Assembly: GCF_006345805.1 (NCBI RefSeq)
Contig: NW_021834341.1
Span: forward strand, 1 to 49,381
Reading direction: 5' to 3'
DNA: 49,381 nucleotides
From: Octopus sinensis
Taxonomy: Eukaryota
Positions 38,430-49,381 of this stretch are shown here, one piece after another (position 1 is the stretch's first letter; each line of letters begins with the position of its first letter). The position numbers were made by a program, and so were the translations under genes. The notes beneath the pieces are model-generated. The model saw only the letters and a list, made by a program, of their open reading frames with translations, was not told the DNA's origin and ran no database searches.

Positions 38430-38660
38430 TAAGCGCGCTGGACTCATGATCGTAAGAATGTCGTTTCGATTTCTAGACCGGGCGACGCGTTGAGTTCTTA
38501 AGCAAAACACTTCATTTCACGTTGCTCCAGTCCACTCTGCTAGCAAAAGTGAGTAAACCTGCGAAGGACTGGGGTACCGTCCAGGGGGAGAATTTATATG
38601 CCTTGGAAACCGGGAAACCGGTCCCTATCTTTCGGTAAGACTTGTGAAAGCAACTTTATT
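38430..38660 (+). mobile_element. SINE inserted in a hAT-like MITE end (from 38394)
   Basis: Matches 1978-2100; preceded by tagtgtttctcaaccgggg. Confidence 0.65.
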
Positions 38661-38769
38661 TTTTACAATGGTCATATGGATTTTGGTGTTAACGTTTATG
38701 TGAATTATAAATTGTTTATACTTTTACAATACACAAAATATTTTAACAAATATTTTTAATACGTTTATA

Positions 38770-39080
38770 TATCATCGTGATCATCGTGACCGACCAGGCT
38801 ATCAGATGTTACTACACATCGCTGGTCACAATGCGCTTCGCATTGTTTTAGCCTTCAAAGGACGCCACTCCGCTGGCTAAGCGAGCAGACCAACGGAAGA
38901 AAGAGTGAGAGAAAGTTGTGGCGAAAGAGTACAGCAGGGATCGCCACCACCCCTTGCCGGAGCCTCGTGGAGCTTTAGGTGTTTTCGCTCAATAAACACT
39001 CACAACGCCCGGTTTGAGAATCGAAACCGCGATCCTACGACCGCGAGTCCTTTGCCCTAACCACTGGGCGATTGCGCCTC
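38770..39080 (-). mobile_element. tRNA-derived SINE
   Basis: Minus head ggcgcaatcgcccagtggttaggg...ggtttcgattctc; short-repeat tail (cacgatgat). Confidence 0.8.
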
Positions 39081-39081
39081 C

Positions 39082-39115
<34 letters not shown>

Positions 39116-39640
39116 GTGTGTGTGTATATGTATGTATGTATAAATATGTATATATGAACATATATATATATATATATGCACACGCACACGCTTATATATA
39201 TGCATACATACATACACACACACACATAAATATATTGTTGTTGTTCATGTTATCGTTGATGATAATGAGGATGACGACGATGACGACGATACAGATGAGG
39301 ACCACGACGACAATGATGAGAATGACTATGATGATTATGATGATGATGATGGTGATGATGATAATGACGTCAACGACGAGGACGATGATGATGATGACAA
39401 TGATGGCGATGATGATGATGAGGTTGCGAGGGTGTTAATGACAAATTATTAATGATGACGATGACGTTGATAGAAATTCTATAATTAATGAAAAGGAACA
39501 ATGAGAAGTCTATGAACGTAAATAGAAGAAATAATTGATTGAAACAATATGATAATCCTCAAATTTACATATAAATTTCGGCAAACATAAATGTTAAATG
39601 TAAATATGTAGTTATCTACGGGCATATTTAAGATATCAAT

Positions 39641-39778
<138 letters not shown>

Positions 39779-40155
39779 TTATATATATATATATATATAT
39801 TATAAAATGAGATAGGGGTTGAAAATTCAACCCACCATGGGATAATATATATCCAATATACTGCTAGATAGGTACCCAACAAGACTAATACATAGATGTT
39901 AAAAATTGCCAAACAATCAGTTCATCTATTGTATTATATGGGTAAAGGTAATAATATTACCGTAAATTAATATTACAAAATTAGAGAATGGAGAAACCTA
40001 CTTAAATCAATAAAATATCAACTATCAGATGATACCCAATCAATACTTTAATACACCATTACATATCAGTAAAGGCATTATAAAAAATATACAGTAAGAG
40101 TAAATAGACAAAGAGATATAAGTATAAAATTTCAAATATAATATGTAATTAAATC

Positions 40156-40272
40156 AATTCTGACAGCTGTTTCGGCAGTGAGGGCAGTCGTACCTCATTT
40201 AACCTATAAGCCAATAAAGGCAGGTATAAATGAGGCATTAACAAGGATGCCCCACGGCCTCTTCAGAGAATT
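40156..40272 (-). ncRNA. Type I hammerhead ribozyme in PLE pseudo-LTR
   Basis: aattct CTGAAGA ggc[80 nt]gcc GAA ACAGCTGT C agaatt; intact core, GUC triplet. Confidence 0.92.
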
Positions 40273-40607
40273 AAATTTGTTATAATCGTGAAAAATTATT
40301 TAACCATATACATATAAATATAAAAATATAAAAATGTAAAATATAAAAACTTATACATTAAACTTCATAATGCTACACTTATATAATATAATACTCATTG
40401 GTACAATAATGGAAGGTAAACAGAACAAACAGTAAACAAAATATATATCAGTGTATATATTATATTAATAAGCACCGATATTATACATATTTGGCTAATA
40501 GTTTTTAAAAAAAACTAACACATAGGGAGATGAAAAATAATAATTAAAACCATGGTTCAGTTCATAAAATTATAAAGCTATAAAAGTTAATAAAAATTAC
40601 TATTAAT

Positions 40608-40668
<61 letters not shown>

Positions 40669-41099
40669 TATACAGTTATGTTTGCACCAAATCCATCCTT
40701 TCAAGATTGAAATAACTATGAGTTAAGAAATACTGACCACTAGGTAATGATAATTTAGATTAATTCGATTGGCTATTGGTTTGAAATTTAAATCTCAAAA
40801 GAAATTATACGGTTGGTTAGTCAAGGAACGCCAATATTCACACACGCATCTACAGATCAATCGCACATACACACTAATTATATGTATACACATACCTTAT
40901 ACACATACATAACCACAAGCAACAACTAGCACATAGATAAACAAAAAGGAAGCAACTATGCTGCCATTTAGTCCTACAAAATTATAACTATGCCTCAAAT
41001 AACGAAAAAAATCCACTCATGCATTTCATAAAATATTTAATTTAAAGATAGAAAGATATTTTTAAATATCAGTATGTTACAAAATCAGATACTATTTTA

Positions 41100-42986
41100 T
41101 TAGGTAACTTAAAATTTATAACACCGGTTTGTTGCAAAGTAAACATACGGTTGTTAGATTTACCGTAAGTTTGTTATGATTCCAAGTACGCTAAGTTATA
41201 AAATATAAAATATATATTAATTTATATATTATAAATAAATCTCTTATTTACTTTTTAAGTTTTAATATGTATATTATTATTAATATTACTACTATTACCC
41301 GTAGGCTCAGATCTATTTGAGCTACCGTTCACCTTTCCGAGGTTAACATCACTTCTACATTTATTATAGGTGTTTCATCTATTCTATTTTTCTATTCTTC
41401 TGTATATTGTTTTTATCCTAAATCTATTGGTGTTGTTCCTGATAGTTCTACCTCCATAAGAGGGTTCCCCTAGGTATAAACCATATCTTACTATTGTATC
41501 CTGCTTAAGCAATGCTGCATTGTATCTATCACAATGCTTGTTAAAAATTTCCTCGTTAGAGGATAAGCTAGAAATTCTCTGACTAATGCTACGCACTAGT
41601 GCATTTTTTATTTGAGGGGGGTGATTACTTGAACGGTTAATATATATTAGGTTAGAATTAGGTTTAATATAGGGTTCATGTAAACCATTAGTAATGTTAC
41701 AATTCATCTAAATAATTAGCAGAATAATTTTCACTTTCAATGATAATGGATAGGCCGAAACTTTTAAAAAATTTATTTATTCTTTTTTTCAAAGATCTAA
41801 TCTCCTATTATGTATTCTTAACACAAAATAAGGCGTCATCCCTGTATAATCCACCTTTTAATTCAGGGAATTCCCTACTAAAGTTATCTAATAGATACAT
41901 CCCAACTAGATCAGTCACCTCCGCCGAGTCCGGCGATCCCATTGTGATATCGAACAAGTTAGGTGTGTCCTTTCTAGCCCAAAGTTTATTATCAAACTCT
42001 ATTAAAGTTTTCCTGGCTGTTAATATAACCTTAATCTCCCCCATACTTAATTTAGTGTGTTTTCTAGCAAAAATTAAGGACTTATTTAATATAATAGGGT
42101 TAATGGAAGTGTAATAATTCTGTATATCAAATTAGATGAATTTATTTCTATTATAGCTAAAGTTGTTATTGTCACAGACCTTAATGGCAGAAAACCAATC
42201 CAAAGCACCCTGAGTATTCCTCCAAAGGTTTAGTTTGATTTTACTGCGGATGGTGGGTAGATATTTATCTAGAATGAGTTTGCTTAGTCTGCCTAAGTCA
42301 GATTTAGTAGGGCAAATTAATCTGACCTGTGTGTTTCCAAGAAAGTTCTCTTTATGATCCTTTAGTGTAATTCTCGGTCTAGTTGGGGTGTAGGGTTCCG
42401 TTTTTTCTTCTAGGTAGTAGTCAAATATAATTTCCCTGATCTCCAGGTTCAGTTTTCTAAGTGTACTAGAAGGTACTACTTTGTATTTCTTGGTTATTTC
42501 TTTGTGTAGAAGATCATGATATGTAGGAATGTCAATATTGTAGACGTTGCTGGTTTTGTTAGAATGTGTTAGAATGCCGCTCTTACCTTTGAGAGTTCTA
42601 ATTAAATTTTTCAATTCCCTTTGGTGCGGGTTATATCTTAAAGGATGATTTCTAATTTTATGTTTTTTATAGTCTCCCATAGTTCTTGTTCAAATTGTCT
42701 AGATGTATATTTGGTGGGGACTTCCTAGATTTAAATGTAGTGCCTTTAATTTTAATATTTCTTCATAGGTACTTCCAATTCCATTACGGATCGTTTCCCC
42801 AGTATGTTGTTGGTTTATTTTTTTGTTATAGTTCTCATGGTGGAAAATCCTCCATCTGATCCTGTGGATGAATTCATTAATTCTATAAATTAGTTCTTTA
42901 GTGTAATGGTCTTTGGTAGGGATAGGTACATTCTTCATTGATGAATTGATCAGTATTTTCTCCATTCTTCTAGCAGTAATGATCAA
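41100..42986 (-). pseudogene. PLE reverse transcriptase (possibly Naiad-type); GIY-YIG domain largely lost
   Basis: SMKNVPIP..RIRWR; TLKDHKENF..RLICPTKSDLG; FI*FDIQNYY; FDITMGSPDSAE; GGLYRDDAL; YINRSSNHPP; CLLC remnant near 41140; stops and frameshifts. Confidence 0.9.
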
Positions 42987-43279
42987 GGAGGAACAAATAT
43001 ACTACACTAGGGTGTATTCACATGCACTATTAATATTTAAATTAATAAATGGATGCTTCTATTACACCAGTATGAGCAATTCAGGTTCCTCAAAAGATAA
43101 ATTTAGGTTATAAAATGAGATAGGGGTTGAAAATTCAACCTTGTCTATTTACTCTTACTGTATATTTTTTATAATGCCTTTACTGATATGTAATGGTGTA
43201 TTAAAGTATTGATTGGGTATCATCTGATAGTTGATGTTTTATTGATTTAAGTAGGTTTCTCCATTCTCTAATTTTGTAG

Positions 43280-43580
<301 letters not shown>

Positions 43581-44553
43581 CTTTTTTTTCCTTTTTTTAC
43601 GATCCCTTTTGATCGAAAACCTACCCCCACCCCTTTTGTTTCTCCCCAAAAGGAAAAGCTCTACTTTGTAATTTGTCCCCTCTGTGTTCAGTCCTGTGTG
43701 GCTAATAAAGAAACATATCTATCTATCTATCTTGTTTCTATCTATCTCTCTCTATATATATATATTTATCCATATATTTATGCACTTATGCCCATGTATC
43801 GGTTTGTGCATGTATGTGCATGTGTTATGCATAATGTGTGTATGAGTGTTTTTACTTCTTTACACGCCCGATTTGGTATCTGCCATCATTACGATCTGGT
43901 TAAAAGTCACATGGGTATTAATACTTTGAAATGAAGTCACAATGACTGAAAGCTCCATGCAGATACTAACGCTAATAGCAATAGATACAGAGCCCAAAGT
44001 AAGCCGTATTCTTAACACCCAATACAAAAGCACTGATTGCACTTTGGTTTTGAATATTCACCTAATGGATTGCTTTGAAGTATTAACAGGGCTAAGAAAT
44101 GGCTACCTGCTATCAAAACTTCACATGTTTTTAAAGTCTTTCTGGAATAAATCATCAAAGGGCTGAAAGACTTAGATAATATCTCTCCATCATTAAATGC
44201 GACGTCATAGCTATTGGACATGGTGGAAACAGAAATATAATACTAACAATATTTTAACAAATTAAACAGCAGCCATTTTGAACGTAGCATGCAGAAAGCC
44301 TGACTGGAAAATTAAGAGCAATAAATACAAGATATTGACGCTACAAAGATATCCTGAGCGTCAGCTTGCATCGTCGGGTGCATAAGAGGTTGTGGCTTTG
44401 AGATATACGAAGTTAGATAATTCAACGATAGTAAAAGTGGAAGGAGAAACTTAGAGACAAATGGTCGAGTTTGTAATATATATATATATATAGATATATA
44501 TATATATATGATATATATATATATATATGTATATGTACATATAATATATAAAA

Positions 44554-44608
<55 letters not shown>

Positions 44609-44809
44609 GTGTGTGTGTGTGTATATATGTATATGTACATATATCGAAGAGCGTAGGCTCGAAACGTGAAAGACTGTCTCACTTCCCGAGTGTTAAAATA
44701 ATACATCTGTTTGTTGTTTACACACACGTCTTCGTCTTTTTTTTGTAAATTCTCGCTATATATACATTTATGTGTGTGTTTGTGTGTGTGTATGTGTGTG
44801 TGTATATGT

Positions 44810-45040
44810 GTGTTATTTTGTCTGTGTTTGTACTCCCACAGTCGCTTGACAATCGATGTTCATGCGTTTATGTCCACGTAACTTAACACTTCGGAAAAAG
44901 AAACCGATAGAATAAGTACTAGGCATACAGAGTATAAGTCTTGGGTCCATTTGTTCGACTAAAAATGGTAAACTTTGACTAAAGACTTTGGCCATGTTGA
45001 AGCATGGCCAAAGTCAAATGACTGAAACAAGAGAATAAAA
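44810..45040 (+). mobile_element. SINE 3' portion
   Basis: gcttgacaatcgatg...accgatagaataagtactagg...gcatggcc..agtcaaatgactgaaacaag. Confidence 0.8.
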
Positions 45041-45335
45041 AAATAAAAGAATATATACATATTTATATACATACAAAAATACATGTCTATATGTATACAT
45101 ACATGTATACATATATAGGTATATACATACAATATACATATATATATATATATATATATAATATATATATATATATATACATACATATATACTTATATGT
45201 ATACTTGTAATATTACATGTACACATGTATATATGTATATAAGCATATATATACATAATGTATGTTTGTATATATATATATATGCATACATATATACATG
45301 TATATATACTATATAGATACATATACACATATACG

Positions 45336-45399
<64 letters not shown>

Positions 45400-46499
45400 A
45401 CTGTACATATATGCACACATATACATGTGTGTGTGTTCGTGCAGCTTTTCAACGCATCAAAAGAGTCCTTATGTTTCTCCATAATTGCGATGGCGTATAT
45501 ATTTATTGGCCGATCAAAATTTTAAAAGTCTTTGGCATCTTCATTATACAGAATTGTTCTCAAAAGTACAATAATGCAGCCCTTGTCCCCCTCCTCTTCC
45601 TCCTCCCCCACCTCTCTACTTCTCCCTCTCTTCTCCCTCTCCTGTCCCTCATCTCTCCTCTTCTTTCCTTCTCTCTCCCTCTCGATCATATATACGCATA
45701 AAAAGATGTACAAACTCGTATAAATATTTGTGCCTCTGACACTATGTGTGTGTGTAAGTATAAATATATATATGCGTGTGTGTGTGTGCGTGCGTATGTA
45801 TGTGTATATGTGCATATATATATATATGTGTGTGTGTGTTATTTATATATACATTTATCCATTTTTATGAGTGTATATATATATATATACAAATATATAC
45901 ATATATTATATGCATGTATATATCTACATACATAGACAGACGCAGACACAGTACATGTTCACATAAACATACACCGTAAGACCAATCAATATTCTACCGT
46001 CACACCTCCGTTGCCATAACCATCAACATCACCACCAACGTCACCAAACTCCCCACCACCACCACCATTAACACATCATCTACCGTTAGGCTATATATCA
46101 CTAACATGACCAGCATTGTAGTACGACCACCATGATCTAAACTCAACCACCATCACCGATACTACTACGATCTTCGCTGCCACATCCGTCACCGCCTACA
46201 CCACCAATACCACCATTAACCTCACCACGAACACCAGCACTTCCGCCTTCCCAGGCGTGCCACCTCTGCCGCCACCGTCATCGGCGCCGATATCAACAAC
46301 AGCAGCGCCGCTGCCTCGATGCTGATCCGTCCCTGGCCCATAGCCTCACAGCCATCGCCGTTACAGCAACCACCACCGTGACCGCTAGCTCCATTACTAT
46401 CACCCCCAACAGTACCCACCGCAGCCCACCGTCAACACTGCTAACACTATTACAATACCTCAAGCTCCAACAACAACATCAACACCAACGACACCATTG

Positions 46500-46890
46500 C
46501 GCAGGAGTAGCTGTGTGGTAAGTAGCTTGTTTGCCAACCACATGGTTCCGGGTTCAGTCCCACTGCATGGCACCTTGGGTAAGTGTCTTCTACTATAGCC
46601 TCGGGCCGACCAAAGCCTTGTGAGTGGATTTGGTAGACGGAAACTGAAAGAAGCCCGTCGTATATATGTATATATATATAAATATGTATATATGCGTGTG
46701 TGTGTTTGTCCCCCTAGCATTGCTTGACAACCGATGCTGGTGTGTTTACATCGCCGTCACCTAGCGGTTCGGCAAAAGTGACCGATAGAATAAGTACTGG
46801 GCTTACAATGGATAAGTCCTGGGGTCGATTTGTTCGACTAAAGGCGGTGCTCCAGCATGGCCGCAGTCAAACGACTGAAACAAGTAAAAG
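46500..46890 (+). mobile_element. Full tRNA-derived SINE with internal (TA/TG)n microsatellite
   Basis: tagctgtgtggtaag and ggttcagtccc boxes; several homologous copies in this window. Confidence 0.88.
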
Positions 46891-47543
46891 TGTAAAGTGT
46901 AAGTGTATTGCAAGCACCAGAACCTCCACGCCCTACGACGCCCTCATCCCCGCCTCAACCAGCACCACTACCTCCAAAACATTCCATTAAATCTATAACT
47001 AGCCAATTTTACCATAATTATTAAGGAACCAATTTCGATCTGCAAATTCAATCCAGTGTTCACCCAGTGTTATTCACTGAGCACTAACTCAGAGTGGAGA
47101 TCCTGAGATGCACCAGATTGAAGTTGTCAGTCATCTTCTTGTTTGTAACAGCTAAACTGTACAAGCATGAAGATACACGTATGTATATACCTGCATGAAC
47201 GTGGCATGTGTATGTAAATACGGAAGGTACATATGAGTCTGTGTAGAAATACTTGTCAGAGTTTGTGCAGTGTACATACATGCAAGCGTGTTTATAATTA
47301 GATACCTATAAACACACGTATATATAGGCAAACATACATGCATAATTACATTCACAAGTGGAACACTTGAAAATTGTAGAGACCTTTCTCACATGAAACA
47401 ATTGGTTGGCTCGTTACTACAGAAAGAAAGTGTGTATATATTTGTGTGCGTGTGTGTTTGTGTATAAATATATGTGCACACATATACGTATAACTATCTA
47501 TCTACCTATCTATCTATATACATGTATAAGCATGCATATATAA

Positions 47544-47593
<50 letters not shown>

Positions 47594-47659
47594 TATAATA
47601 TATATATTATATATATATATATATACATATATATATTTAAGGTCTATATATATCATTAT

Positions 47660-48620
47660 ATTGAAGTAATCCACTTCGGTAAATGCACTTTAGCTACCTT
47701 ACACTCTTTCCTCGGGTGGAAACCCCGTGGCATCAAACACTGCAAGGGACCTCGGAGTAATTGTCGTCAACAACTTAAGCTGGAATATCCACATAAACAA
47801 CATAGTCAACAGGGCCGGCCTTAGGAGTTGGGAACAATTTTTGTGGGCCCAAGGTTCCCAGTATGTTGCACTTCGGAAATTACCCCCCACCCCACCAACT
47901 CGGAGTTATTTTCAGGTGCTATCAACTAATCTCGCCTCCTGATATACTGCAGAGGACATTTTTCCCCTTTGCGGAAAATTAGGTAACCACAATAGCGGCT
48001 GTTTTGTTTGATTAATAACTCCTATTTCTAGTATACTAAACAGACACGTTAAGGACGGGCTACCTTTCAGTCGACTATTCGTCGACATGGGCTGCAGAGC
48101 GGACCTTCTGTATCTTCAGGACTTTCCCTGTAGAGACGCTCCTACAATTATCTTTCTCTTCTCCATCTTCACCCGTCCTCACCTTCAATATTATCGTCCG
48201 CTGTGGTTTTCCCACACGAAACAAAATATAAAAATTGAAGAACCGCAGATATCGGTCACGAGGAAAATAGACCAAATGGTTTTGTCAATTGTATCTATCG
48301 TATGAAGGGGAAAATATTCCACCAGCATTGCCGAAAGGATTTTGGCATTAACTTTAAAATTCACCCAAGGCTTGGTCCCCATGCCATCCACCCTCTACAA
48401 AAATGATACTCATGTCATATCATTAAAACAGAATCATTTCATCTCAACTGGCCCGGCTCTCTTTAACATCCGTCTAAAACACATACGAGGAGACAAAAGT
48501 CACGTGCCATTCAAAAGGTTCCTGGACGAATATCTCAGCAAATTCAAGATAGACAACCGAAACCCGAACATATATCTCGGCAAACAATAACTCTTTACGC
48601 GAATTGGCTGTGCTGTCCGA
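47660..48620 (+). pseudogene. CR1-group LINE 3' fragment interrupted by a hAT-like MITE (47810-48062)
   Basis: RDLGVIVVNNLSWNIHI; FTRPHLQYYRPLW; GPALFN..FKRFLDEYL; insert ends cagggccggcctta / ttaaggacgggcta. Confidence 0.8.
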
Positions 48621-49007
48621 AAAATGAAATGTCTTTTACAGACATTTAAGCTATACATGGCCAGAGCAAGTTCTAGCCGGCACTTATCTAAGTATCTGAA
48701 TGTATATCAGGTATGAAAGAAGTTCAGGTTTCTTATAACATGGCCACCATTATATATTTAATATATGTTATTGTGATTAATAGCGCGAAGAGTATATCCG
48801 ATACTTATAACATACAGCTAAAACATTACATCGAGATACCCATATTACTTTTAACGTAATCATATATAAGCACACAAACATATGCATATATGCATATATA
48901 TATATACATATATATTTAGTATATATATAATATATATTTATGTATACATTTATATGTCTAGATACATTTACACACTCATACACGCATGTATATATGTATG
49001 CATGTAT

Positions 49008-49061
<54 letters not shown>

Positions 49062-49181
49062 TATATATATATGGTGGTGTGTGTATGGATTTATTATATA
49101 TATATTATATATATAGTATATATATATATGTATGTATGTATATATATATTTATGTATTATATATGATATATATATATGTGA

Positions 49182-49218
<37 letters not shown>

Positions 49219-49278
49219 CATACATAGATATATATATGTATATTATATATATATATATATGTATATATAATATATATA

Positions 49279-49329
<51 letters not shown>

Positions 49330-49381
49330 ATACTGTCTTTAATAATAGACTTTGTGAAAGGTATCTTAAATGTAGCTTACC

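Larger units (their letters stand above)
39800..43278 (-). mobile_element. Penelope-like retroelement, near complete but disrupted
   Basis: RT ORF pieces; 33-bp direct repeat 39800-39832 / 43108-43140 followed by a 138-bp inverted copy (43141-43278 vs 39974-40111); HHR in the terminal repeat; inserted in (TA)n. Confidence 0.92.

Noticed and set aside
43940-44230. Possible Ty3/gypsy RT remnant
   Set aside because: Only a vague resemblance (FLE*II..LLDMV); no diagnostic motif.
47040-47150. Possible RTE LINE scrap on the minus strand
   Set aside because: Too short and degenerate to support.

Overview
AT-rich, microsatellite-saturated animal genomic DNA. The repeat landscape (abundant tRNA-derived SINEs, (TA)n/(TAGA)n/(TATG)n tracts) looks like Octopus/cephalopod; this is inferred from recall, not a database hit. 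No intact host protein-coding gene is visible, and nearly all ORFs in the supplied track are microsatellite translations. The window is mostly decayed mobile elements: Tc1/mariner, hAT, Helitron, CR1, Tx1-like and R4-like LINE fragments, SINEs, MITEs and one near-complete but disrupted Penelope-like element (PLE, 39800-43278). The main observation is a high density of type I hammerhead ribozyme (HHR) motifs. Two non-coding tandem arrays of ~475-bp units (24122-25372, minus; 30380-31566, plus) and a diverged single copy (26220-26595) belong to one family. Each full unit carries an HHR with covarying stem I and a quasi-palindromic stem III, the architecture of non-LTR retrozymes (small circular-RNA retroelements). 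Further HHRs of unrelated families lie in the PLE terminal repeat, in a solo terminal remnant and inside two long palindromes. All folds were read by eye; coordinates of decayed elements are approximate.
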